The notes below the pieces were generated by a model, which was given only the letters and a program-made list of their open reading frames with translations, made no database searches and had not been told where the DNA came from. The position numbers and the translations under genes are program-made. Shown in pieces: positions 1 through 7,468 of a stretch of 64,000 nt of DNA; the stretch's first letter is position 1, and the number at the start of each line of letters is the position of its first letter. This DNA comes from Patescibacteria group bacterium (GTDB lineage: Bacteria > Patescibacteriota > WWE3 > UBA101185 > UBA10185). Location: assembly GCA_016926555.1 (NCBI GenBank), contig JAFGOI010000004.1, forward strand, positions 64,776 to 128,775. Direction: 5' to 3'.

Positions 1-3
1 ATT

Positions 4-297
4 ATGTCCGTCTTGGTTAATATAGGTTTAAAAATAAGAAAGATAAGAAATTCGAGAAATATGTCTCAGGAAAGATTTGGTTATAAATTAGGTTTATCCG
101 GAAAGACGATTTCGGCTTATGAAACAGGCAGATCTGTTCCTCCGCTAAAAGTTTTGGAAAGTATTTCAAGGACTTATGGAATTAACATAGTTCAACTAAT
201 GCCTAAAGAGAAAGATATTCTTGTCGGAAAAGTACAGCGAATAAAATCCGAGTTAATGTACATTGAAACTGCGTTTGAAGAAAGTTTATCTCTTTGA
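4..297 (+). CDS. XRE-family helix-turn-helix transcriptional regulator (small, 97 aa)
   Basis: HTH_XRE-like segment 'IRKIRNSRNMSQERFGYKLGLSGKTISAYETGRSVPPLKVLESISRTYGINIVQL'; ATG at nt 4, so the true N-terminus could lie upstream of the window. Confidence 0.6.
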   Translation: MSVLVNIGLKIRKIRNSRNMSQERFGYKLGLSGKTISAYETGRSVPPLKVLESISRTYGINIVQLMPKEKDILVGKVQRIKSELMYIETAFEESLSL

Positions 298-714
298 ATA
301 TTGATGGGCTCTTCTGGCTTTGTGTTTGTTGTATTTCTTTCTTTCTACCATTCTTGGGTCTCTTGTAAGAAATCCCTGTTTTCGTAGTATTTTTGAGTAC
401 TCTTCGTCGATTTTTGATAGTGCTCTGGATATCCCATGTACTGTTGCATCCAGTTGAGCGGCTTTTCCGGAGCCTTCTACTTTCACACTTATTGTAAATT
501 TTGAGCTGGGATGTGAGACGCCAATCGCATGAAATGGTTTAAGCCAGGTGTTTTGTTCCTTTTCGGAAGGAAAGTAATCTTCAAAATTTGTGTCGTTTAT
601 TACATGGTCACCTTTTTCCGGCCAGACAAAAACTCGTGCGACCGCTGTCTTTCTTCGGCCGGTTCCTGATGTAAATCCCTTTTTTATTTTTGTATTTGTT
701 TTGTTCTCTGTCAT
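286..714 (-). CDS. rpsI: 30S ribosomal protein S9
   Basis: 'GRRKTAVARVFV...' and C-terminal 'KKYNKHKARRAHQYSKR' are S9 hallmarks; follows rplM as in the L13-S9 operon. Confidence 0.9.
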   Translation of the reverse strand: MTENKTNTKIKKGFTSGTGRRKTAVARVFVWPEKGDHVINDTNFEDYFPSEKEQNTWLKPFHAIGVSHPSSKFTISVKVEGSGKAAQLDATVHGISRALSKIDEEYSKILRKQGFLTRDPRMVERKKYNKHKARRAHQYSKR

Positions 715-1121
715 TTTTCTTGTGCCATATGGGGGTGCGTAGGTCCCGCATACACGTATAAATTTCTCATTCTCTCTCTTTGGAGTTTATTTTTTGGGAG
801 CATTCCTTTTACGGCTTGTTCTATCACTCTCTCGGGATTTCTGCTTAATAGTCCTTCAAGAGACTCTTCTTTTAGACCTCCAGGATAGCCAGTATGCCAT
901 CTGTATTTTTTGTCCTTTAGTTTGTTTCCTGTTACTCTGAGTTTTGATGTATTTGTGACTACTACCTTATCTCCAACATTTACTCTGTAAGAGAAATTTT
1001 CTTTGTGTTTGCCTATAAGTAGCTTAGCAATATCTGAAGCTAACCTGCCCAGTGTTTGGTTTTCGGCATCTATGAAGTGCCAATTTGGTTTTTTCTCTTT
1101 TACTACATGCGTTTTATTCAT
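711..1121 (-). CDS. rplM: 50S ribosomal protein L13
   Basis: 'WHFIDAENQTLGRLAS...YRWHTGYPGGLKE...' L13 signature; 4-nt overlap with rpsI. Confidence 0.9.
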   Translation of the reverse strand: MNKTHVVKEKKPNWHFIDAENQTLGRLASDIAKLLIGKHKENFSYRVNVGDKVVVTNTSKLRVTGNKLKDKKYRWHTGYPGGLKEESLEGLLSRNPERVIEQAVKGMLPKNKLQRERMRNLYVYAGPTHPHMAQEK

Positions 1122-1578
1122 CTTTAGTATTCTCCTCTACTTTTACTTCGTCTTCCTTTACTTTATCCCTGGTTACCTTCTCACTTTTCCTTGCTTTATC
1201 CTTTTTTTCTGTTATCAGTTCTATTCTTCCCATTAAAGCTTTATCTCCGTCCCTGTTTCTTGTTTTTACTATTCTGGTATAACCGCCGTTTCGGTCCTTG
1301 TACCTACTGCTTAGATCCTCGATGACTTTTCTGATAGCCTGTTCAGAGTAAAGCTTTTTTCTTAGGTATTTAACTGTGTTAAATTTCTCGGTCTCGGATC
1401 CGGTTTTGTTTTTTGCCTTGGTGATAAGTTTTTCGACATATGGTTTGACATATTTAGCTTTTACTAGTGTTGTCTCGATTTTTTCGTGAAGTACAAGTTG
1501 ATCAGCGAGGTTTCTTTTTAGAGCCTTTTTGTGATCTAAATCTCTGTTTAATCTCTTTGTCTTTACTTTATGCCTCAT
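1114..1578 (-). CDS. rplQ: 50S ribosomal protein L17 with K/E-rich C-terminal extension
   Basis: 'MRHKVKTKRLNRDLDHKKALKRNLADQL...NGGYTRIVKTRNRDGDKALMGRIEL' L17 core, plus a ~35 aa lysine/glutamate-rich tail. Confidence 0.9.
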   Translation of the reverse strand: MRHKVKTKRLNRDLDHKKALKRNLADQLVLHEKIETTLVKAKYVKPYVEKLITKAKNKTGSETEKFNTVKYLRKKLYSEQAIRKVIEDLSSRYKDRNGGYTRIVKTRNRDGDKALMGRIELITEKKDKARKSEKVTRDKVKEDEVKVEENTKDE

Positions 1579-1581
1579 TTT

Positions 1582-2508
1582 TTACTCCTTGTTTCTTAAG
1601 CCTTCCTTGATTAATAATTTATGTATTTCATTAAGGGATTTTTCACCTAGGTTTTTGATATCGGCTAAGTCGTCATCTGTTTTATTGGACAACTCTTTCA
1701 GCGTTGTAATACCTCCTTTTTTTAGGGCGTTTACAGTTCTTGTCTGAAGAGGGAGTTCTTCAACCTGTATATCTTCTACAATTACTTTTGGTTTGTCTGT
1801 TAGGTCCTCATCTTCTTCAGAACCTGGGACTTTCCACGTTTCAAACACAGAGTAGTATGCTTTTATTAACTTAGCAGCCTGTTGAATGGCACTTTTTGGG
1901 GATACACTTTCGTCAGTCTCGACTTCAATAACTATTTTATCTAAGTCAGTTTTTCCACCAAATCTGGTTGGTTCAATTCTGTAATTTGCTGATACAATAG
2001 GGGAAAATAGTGCATCAAGGATAATAACCCCTATTTTTGATGTCTTTCTATCTTCCATTGGGGAATATCCCACGCCGCTCTCTACTATGAGCTCCATATC
2101 CAGACTCGCGGTTGAGTCGGATAATGTGGCTATATGTGCATCCTTGTTCATTATTTCGACTTCGGCGGGTAGGTTCAAATCGGTTGCCGTGACTTTTCCT
2201 GCGCCTTTCTTTGACAATGTAACAACCGAGGGGTTTTCGGAATGGTGCCTGAATCTGAGCTGTTTAATATTTAAAGTTATCTCTACGATGTCTTCCTTAA
2301 CACCCTCTATGGTAGTAAATTGGTGATTTACGCCATTTACCTTAATCTGCGTGGCGGCCGCTCCTTCAATAGATGTTAGTAGAACTCTTCTTAGCGCGTT
2401 TGCCAGGGTATAGCCAAATCCTGTGGGCAACGGTTCAAAGGCGTACTCGCCGAAGCGATTATCCTCTTTGATGGTATTAATTTTCAAATTACTTACTGAT
2501 ACTTGCAT
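1582..2508 (-). CDS. rpoA: DNA-directed RNA polymerase subunit alpha
   Basis: N-terminal domain 'FEPLPTGFGYTLANALRRVLLTSIEGAA' and C-terminal CTD 'LSNKTDDDLADIKNLGEKSLNEI'; canonical position after rpsD. Confidence 0.95.
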   Translation of the reverse strand: MQVSVSNLKINTIKEDNRFGEYAFEPLPTGFGYTLANALRRVLLTSIEGAAATQIKVNGVNHQFTTIEGVKEDIVEITLNIKQLRFRHHSENPSVVTLSKKGAGKVTATDLNLPAEVEIMNKDAHIATLSDSTASLDMELIVESGVGYSPMEDRKTSKIGVIILDALFSPIVSANYRIEPTRFGGKTDLDKIVIEVETDESVSPKSAIQQAAKLIKAYYSVFETWKVPGSEEDEDLTDKPKVIVEDIQVEELPLQTRTVNALKKGGITTLKELSNKTDDDLADIKNLGEKSLNEIHKLLIKEGLRNKE

Positions 2509-2522
2509 AATAATAAATCTCC

Positions 2523-3131
2523 TTATCTTGAATAGAATTCAATAATTGACTGTACATTGATTCTATCCTGAAAATCCTCCATTGTTGGGATTTTCTCAAC
2601 TTTTACATACTTTTCTTTTACATTGGCTTTTAGCCACTCGGGCAAAACAAAGCCCTCTCTTAAATGAAGTTTTTCAAAATTAGTGGGTTTTATTTCGTCA
2701 CCCACCTTAAGAATTTGAGAAGGTGTTCTTACTTTCTTTCCATTTACTGTAAATAGGCCGTTTCTTATAGATTCTCTTGCTTGTGCTCTTGATACAGCGA
2801 ATCCGCTTCTATATACGAGGTTATCTAATCTTGATTCCAGGATCTGCGTTAATACTTCCCCGGAGACACCTCTGGATTTTTGAGCTTTTTTTACGTAGTT
2901 TCTAAATTGTTTCTCCATTATGCCATATACCCTTTTTGCTTTTTGCTTTTCTCTTAACTGTTTTCCATATTCAGTAGCGGAACTTCTTCTTCTAACGTTT
3001 CCATGTTGTCCAGGTGCCTGGGGACGTTTATCCAAAATACATTTTTCTCCCTCACATTTTGACCCTTTTAGAAACAATTTCATACCTTCCCTTCTGCACA
3101 ATTTACATTTTGGTCCCGTGTATCTTGCCAT
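2523..3131 (-). CDS. rpsD: 30S ribosomal protein S4
   Basis: 'MARYTGPKCKLCRREGMKLFLKGSKCEGEKC' S4 N-terminus with zinc ribbon. The tracked ORF extends to 3164, but the Met of 'MARYTG' at 3131 abuts the rpsK stop, so 3131 is the more likely start. Confidence 0.9.
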   Translation of the reverse strand: MARYTGPKCKLCRREGMKLFLKGSKCEGEKCILDKRPQAPGQHGNVRRRSSATEYGKQLREKQKAKRVYGIMEKQFRNYVKKAQKSRGVSGEVLTQILESRLDNLVYRSGFAVSRAQARESIRNGLFTVNGKKVRTPSQILKVGDEIKPTNFEKLHLREGFVLPEWLKANVKEKYVKVEKIPTMEDFQDRINVQSIIEFYSR

Positions 3132-3133
3132 TG

Positions 3134-3523
3134 TTACATTTTCCTTTTCTTTTTGGGACGACACCCATTATGTGGCATCGGCGTTTCGTCAGAAATTGAT
3201 ACTATGTTTAAACCGGTGCTTTTTAACGCTTTAATTGCGGATATTCTGCCGATTCCGGGTCCGTTTACTATCACTGCGATGTCTTTCATTCCTGCGGTTA
3301 CTGCATCCCCTGCGGCTAGCTCAGCTGCTTTTGTTGCTGCGTAGGGAGTTGATTTTCTTGTGCCCTTGAAGCCGGCTTTTCCGGAACTGTTTGCAAATAA
3401 TGTATTTCCCGCGGGATCGGTGATTGTTATAAGTGTGTTATTAACACCAGCGGTAATATATGCTTTTCCACTTGGTGTTACGTTTTTAGTTTTTTTCTTT
3501 TTTCTTGTAGTTTTTCTTGGCAT
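3134..3523 (-). CDS. rpsK: 30S ribosomal protein S11
   Basis: '...GPGIGRISAIKAL...TPMPHNGCRPKKKRKM' S11 C-terminus. Confidence 0.95.
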   Translation of the reverse strand: MPRKTTRKKKKTKNVTPSGKAYITAGVNNTLITITDPAGNTLFANSSGKAGFKGTRKSTPYAATKAAELAAGDAVTAGMKDIAVIVNGPGIGRISAIKALKSTGLNIVSISDETPMPHNGCRPKKKRKM

Positions 3524-3524
3524 A

Positions 3525-3911
3525 TTATTTCTTTGATAAAGTTTTCTTCATACCGCCGACTGTTTTTCTTTTCCCTTTTCTTGTTCTTGCGTTAGATCTT
3601 GTTCTTTGTCCCCTGGCGGGAAGTCCCGCTTTATGTCTTTCCCCTCTGTAGCATCGAATCTCTTGTAGTCTTCTAATATTCTGATTTACTATCCTTCGAA
3701 GCTCTCCCTCGACGGGCAGCTCCATTTGGTTTATCGTTGCGGTAAGTTTTGCCACTTGTTCATCCGTCAGATCTTTTGCTCTGGTATTAGGATCAATTTT
3801 TGCTTTATCCAGTATTTCTTTCGCGGTCGTTAAACCCACACCTCTGATGTATCTTAGAGATGCTTCTATTCTTTTTTGTGGAGGTACATCGACTCCTTTA
3901 ATTCTCGGCAT
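3525..3911 (-). CDS. rpsM: 30S ribosomal protein S13
   Basis: 'MPRIKGVDVPPQKRIEASLRYIRGVG...RCYRGERHKAGLPARGQRTRSNARTRKG' S13. Confidence 0.95.
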   Translation of the reverse strand: MPRIKGVDVPPQKRIEASLRYIRGVGLTTAKEILDKAKIDPNTRAKDLTDEQVAKLTATINQMELPVEGELRRIVNQNIRRLQEIRCYRGERHKAGLPARGQRTRSNARTRKGKRKTVGGMKKTLSKK

Positions 3912-3914
3912 TTT

Positions 3915-4031
3915 TTACCCTTGTCTTTGTTTATGTTTAGGGTTCCTTTTGCAGATGACTCTTAGGACACCCTTTCTTTTTACAATTTTACAATCCCTGC
4001 AGATTTTTTTTACAGATGATCTAACCTTCAT
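3915..4031 (-). CDS. rpmJ: 50S ribosomal protein L36 (38 aa; absent from the ORF track because it is below the length cutoff)
   Basis: Manual minus-strand translation of 4031->3915 gives '[38 protein letters not shown]', the canonical L36 zinc ribbon; it sits between infA and rpsM as expected. Confidence 0.85.
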   Translation of the reverse strand: MKVRSSVKKICRDCKIVKRKGVLRVICKRNPKHKQRQG

Positions 4032-4032
4032 G

Positions 4033-4278
4033 TTATCTGTACCTGTAGATTATTCTTCCTCTAGATACGTCGTGAGGAGAAAACTCCACTTTCACGCGGT
4101 CCCCAATCAGGACTCTTATGTGAGATTTTCTCATCTTCCCCGATATGGAAGCTAGTGCGTCTGTTTCGTCTTCAAACTCTATTTTAAACATACCACTCAT
4201 CTGGGCTTCGATTACTGTACCATCTTTTGTTATAGTTTTCTTTGTACTCACAATATAGAACGCGCCTGATTGTAACAA
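4033..4278 (-). CDS. infA: Translation initiation factor IF-1
   Basis: S1-like OB fold '...[63 protein letters not shown]'. The tracked start is a TTG at 4278 and the true start may be a few codons downstream. Confidence 0.85.
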   Translation of the reverse strand: MLQSGAFYIVSTKKTITKDGTVIEAQMSGMFKIEFEDETDALASISGKMRKSHIRVLIGDRVKVEFSPHDVSRGRIIYRYR

Positions 4279-4292
4279 AACGTTGTAGCTAG

Positions 4293-4314
4293 GTCAACAA
4301 CAACTTTTGTTGAC
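4293..4314. promoter_or_regulatory. 8-bp inverted repeat GTCAACAA-N6-TTGTTGAC in the divergent infA/serS control region, overlapping a -35-like TTGACA
   Basis: Perfect palindrome read directly from the sequence; TTGACA (4310-4315) is followed 17 nt later by TAGCAT (4333-4338). Confidence 0.3.
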
Positions 4315-4344
4315 ATACAAGCACACAAAGTGTAGCATACTTAC

Positions 4345-4530
4345 TATATTAGAAAAAGGCGTTAAGGGAGGCTTTTCCACCTTCCAGACCCTGAGTATTC
4401 GGGACGCGCCTCTGGGAGGAAATGCTCAGACGGGAATGCCCGTAATAGCTGTGAAAGAAGTAAAAAGTACTAGGTGGCACCGTCGCTTGAGAATTCGGGC
4501 AGACCCTGGCAAGTGAGCCGGGGTTTTTTG
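4345..4530 (+). promoter_or_regulatory. Candidate T-box leader (tRNA-sensing riboswitch) with intrinsic terminator, upstream of serS
   Basis: T-box-like motif 'UAGGUGGCACCGUCG' at 4471-4486 (consensus AGGGUGGNACCGCG). A terminator hairpin CCCUGGC-aaguga-GCCGGGG plus U6 at 4504-4529 has a 5' strand that overlaps the potential antiterminator 3' strand (GAC-CCU). Confidence 0.45.
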
Positions 4531-4547
4531 TTTAATAAAGGGTATAT

Positions 4548-5897
4548 ATGTTAGATATAAAGTTTATAAGAAATAACGAAGACGAGATAAGAAAAACGTT
4601 AACTAATAAAGGTATAAAAGATGTTTCGCTGGATGAGTTTCTGGAGATTGACAATAGCAGAGGTGATTTATTAAGAAGAATAGAGCAGCATAGGTCTTTG
4701 CGGAACCAGCTTAGTTCGGACGTCTCAAAAGTGAAGAAAGGCGCGGATAGAAATAAACTTGTTGAAGAAGCTCGTAAAGTAAAAGAGGAGCTTCACGAAA
4801 TGGAAACGGAGTTCACAGAGTTAGATGAAAAACATAAAGAATTGCTCATGAAAATTCCTAATGTCCCATCACGAGAAATGCCTGTAGGCAAGGGTGAAGA
4901 GGATAATGTGGTTTTGAAAGTTTGGGTTCCTGAAAGAGGGTATTTGGATCTAGGTAGTAATACACAGTATTCTGATGTGTCTTATATGGAAGAAACGAAA
5001 TTTCCATATAAAGATCATGTAGAACTTGGTGAGCTTTTGGATGTAATCGATGTGAAACAGAGTGCTGTTGTGTCGGGGAGCAGGTTCAGTTATTTAAAGA
5101 ACGAAGCAGTCCTGCTTCAAGATGCTATATTTTCTTATCTTAAGTCGAGACTTAGAAGCATGGGTTATGTGCCTATGATCCCGCCAATTTTGGTAAGAGA
5201 GAATGCTCTGTTTGGTACGAGTCATTTTCCAGAAGGTAAAGCCGATGCGTATAAAATTGAGAATTTCAATGTTGAAGATAAAAATGAGTTATATTTAGTA
5301 GGATCTTCGGAACCGGCGAATTTTTCCTATTTTACTGATAAAGTGTTTGAAAAAAGGGAGCTTCCCGTGAAGCTATTTGCGCAAACTACATGTTTTAGGA
5401 GTGAGGTTGGTTCATGGGGAAAGGATGTAAGGGGTATTAAAAGGGTTCATCAGTTCGATAAACTTGAAATGAACGCGTTGTGTCTTCCTGAGGAATCGAG
5501 AAGTATTTTTGACGAGTTTCTTGAGACAAATGAATGGATGCTACAGCAGCTTAAACTGCCCTATAGAATTGTTAATAAGTGTACTGGTGACTGCGGATAT
5601 AATGCGTCATACTTGCAGTACGATTTTGAGTATTGGTGCCCGGGGGAAAGAGAGTTTATTGAGGGCGGAACAAATACAATTACAACAGATTATCAGGCAA
5701 GAAGGTTAAATATAAAGTATAAAGACGCGCAGAAAACGAACTTTGTTCATACAGTAAACGATACGGGCTGCGCGATGCCCAGAATGCTTATTAGTATATT
5801 AGAAAATTATCAAACCGAGGATGGTTCTGTCGTTATACCTGAAATACTTAGGGAATTTGTCGGTTTGGAAAAAATATTACCAAAGTTAGATAGTTAA
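4548..5897 (+). CDS. serS: Seryl-tRNA synthetase
   Basis: N-terminal coiled-coil arm 'MLDIKFIRNNEDEIRKTL...'; class II core 'FRSEVGSWGKDVRGIKRVHQFDKLEM' and 'NDTGCAMPRMLISILENYQTEDGSVVIPEIL'. Confidence 0.95.
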   Translation: MLDIKFIRNNEDEIRKTLTNKGIKDVSLDEFLEIDNSRGDLLRRIEQHRSLRNQLSSDVSKVKKGADRNKLVEEARKVKEELHEMETEFTELDEKHKELLMKIPNVPSREMPVGKGEEDNVVLKVWVPERGYLDLGSNTQYSDVSYMEETKFPYKDHVELGELLDVIDVKQSAVVSGSRFSYLKNEAVLLQDAIFSYLKSRLRSMGYVPMIPPILVRENALFGTSHFPEGKADAYKIENFNVEDKNELYLVGSSEPANFSYFTDKVFEKRELPVKLFAQTTCFRSEVGSWGKDVRGIKRVHQFDKLEMNALCLPEESRSIFDEFLETNEWMLQQLKLPYRIVNKCTGDCGYNASYLQYDFEYWCPGEREFIEGGTNTITTDYQARRLNIKYKDAQKTNFVHTVNDTGCAMPRMLISILENYQTEDGSVVIPEILREFVGLEKILPKLDS

Positions 5898-5913
5898 TGG
5901 TATTCTATGTCCA

Positions 5914-6603
5914 ATGAATGTATTTCAAGGAATTAAGTACCCAGAAGTCATTTTTGAAACAGAGTCTCAATTTAACCACAAAATACAAGTTATCCAGATA
6001 GGCGCTGTTAAGAAAATAAAAGTTGATGGGATCGATCAGTCAATAAGTCATGAGTCGAAAGCCTGTAAAAGGCTGGTGTGGGGACAGGCAGTTGATCTGA
6101 TGAAAAGGGAGAATCCCGCAGCAAAAAAAGTTTTGATTTTTGGACTTGGTGGGGGCACGATGCAGCATTTGATTTCACAATCTTATCCAGGTATTGAGCT
6201 GGTGAGTGTGGAAATAGATTCTGTTATGGTGGATATAGCAAAAAAGTATTTTAATCTTGATTTGATCCCCAATCATAGAGTAGTTGTTGCGGATGCATTT
6301 AGGGTTGTTATAGAGCCGGAAACGTATAATTTGGACGAGTCTAGTTTCGACACAGTAATTATTGATGTATATCAAGGAGAGAAATTTCCTGATCTAGGCA
6401 CTTCAGGGAACTTTTTTTCAGCATTAAAAAAACTCATATTGCCTAATGGACTAGTTATAATTAACAGAATTTACAGAGAGGATCATCAGTTTGATGTCGA
6501 TAACTTTATTGGCTATGTTGAGAAAATATTAAGAAGCGTGAAATCTGAGATTGTAGCCGGTTATACAAATTCGGACAACGTTTTAATTTTTGGAAGGAAC
6601 TAA
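5914..6603 (+). CDS. Spermidine-synthase-family / class I SAM-dependent transferase-like protein
   Basis: Rossmann motif 'KVLIFGLGGGTMQHL' followed by 'VSVEIDSVMVDIAKKYF' and 'VIIDVY', a polyamine aminopropyltransferase-like arrangement; function uncertain. Confidence 0.5.
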   Translation: MNVFQGIKYPEVIFETESQFNHKIQVIQIGAVKKIKVDGIDQSISHESKACKRLVWGQAVDLMKRENPAAKKVLIFGLGGGTMQHLISQSYPGIELVSVEIDSVMVDIAKKYFNLDLIPNHRVVVADAFRVVIEPETYNLDESSFDTVIIDVYQGEKFPDLGTSGNFFSALKKLILPNGLVIINRIYREDHQFDVDNFIGYVEKILRSVKSEIVAGYTNSDNVLIFGRN

Positions 6604-6632
6604 CTTTTTTATTTCTATGTTGGTGGTAAATT

Positions 6633-7412
6633 ATGCATATGTCTTTATTACAAGCTTTAATTCTAGGAATTGTACAAGGTCTAACTGAATTTCTGCCGGT
6701 ATCTTCCTCTGGGCATTTGGTAATTTTCCCAGCTATATTTGGCTGGAATGAACAGCCTTTAGTATTTGATACAACTTTACACTTGGGAACGGTATTGGCA
6801 TTAGTGATATATTTTCGAAAAGATATTGTTAGGATGCTTGTCAAAGATAAGGATTTAGGATTAAAGATACTACTAGGCTCTATACCTGCGGGTGTATTGG
6901 GATTGCTTTTTAATTCATTTATTGAGACGCATTTAAGGAATGTATTCAGCGTGATAATTTTTTTATCTGCAGGTAGTTTATTAATGCTTCTAGCTGAGCA
7001 CAAATTTAGAGCTCCATTAAAGGGAACGATTACTTATAGGAAGAGTTTTAAAATAGGAGTTTTCCAGGCACTTGCTTTATTACCGGGTATGTCAAGATCG
7101 GCAGCTTCGATATCCGGGGGTATGTTAAATAATCTAAGACATGTAGATGCTGCCAGATTCTCCTTTTTGTTATCCATTCCCATTGTTTTAGCTGCTGGGG
7201 TTTACAAATTGATTCAGTCCGTGCAGGCTGGTTATGTATTTGGTGGGACTCTATTTGTAGGCTTTATAGCCAGTTTTTTGTTTGGTTTGTTAGCAATTGA
7301 TTTTTTTATGAACTTTCTAAAAAAGAATAGATTATTTATTTTTATTGCGTATAGGCTGTTTCTCGTATCAGTGTTGATATTTTTTGTCGCTTTGAAAGCA
7401 AAGGTATCGTGA
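6633..7412 (+). CDS. uppP: Undecaprenyl-diphosphate phosphatase
   Basis: 'LLQALILGIVQGLTEFLPVSSSGHL' and 'PGMSRSAASISGGM' BacA/UppP motifs; 8 TM. Confidence 0.9.
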   Translation: MHMSLLQALILGIVQGLTEFLPVSSSGHLVIFPAIFGWNEQPLVFDTTLHLGTVLALVIYFRKDIVRMLVKDKDLGLKILLGSIPAGVLGLLFNSFIETHLRNVFSVIIFLSAGSLLMLLAEHKFRAPLKGTITYRKSFKIGVFQALALLPGMSRSAASISGGMLNNLRHVDAARFSFLLSIPIVLAAGVYKLIQSVQAGYVFGGTLFVGFIASFLFGLLAIDFFMNFLKKNRLFIFIAYRLFLVSVLIFFVALKAKVS

Positions 7413-7450
7413 TTTGTTAGTTTTCTCTGAAGGGAATTACATCTTTCTGA

Positions 7451-7459
7451 TGCTATAAT
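7451..7459 (+). promoter_or_regulatory. Extended -10 element TGcTATAAT, 9 nt upstream of the secA ATG (possible leaderless or short-leader promoter)
   Basis: 'tgctataat' at 7451-7459 and ATG at 7469; no good -35 element. Confidence 0.3.
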
Positions 7460-7468
7460 CACCATGTT

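Noticed and set aside
1003-1282. + strand ORFs 1003-1236 and 1085-1282 overlapping rplM/rplQ
   Set aside because: Phe/Leu/Ser-rich low-complexity translations of the antisense strand of AT-rich ribosomal genes, which makes them spurious.
4307-4516. 69-aa + strand ORF in the infA-serS intergenic region
   Set aside because: It lies entirely within the T-box-like leader and terminator region, has no recognisable domain, and reads through structured RNA, so it is more plausibly a non-coding leader.
6506-7003. 165-aa minus-strand ORF overlapping the end of the spermidine-synthase-like gene and uppP
   Set aside because: It is antisense to two well-supported + strand genes and has no domain signal.
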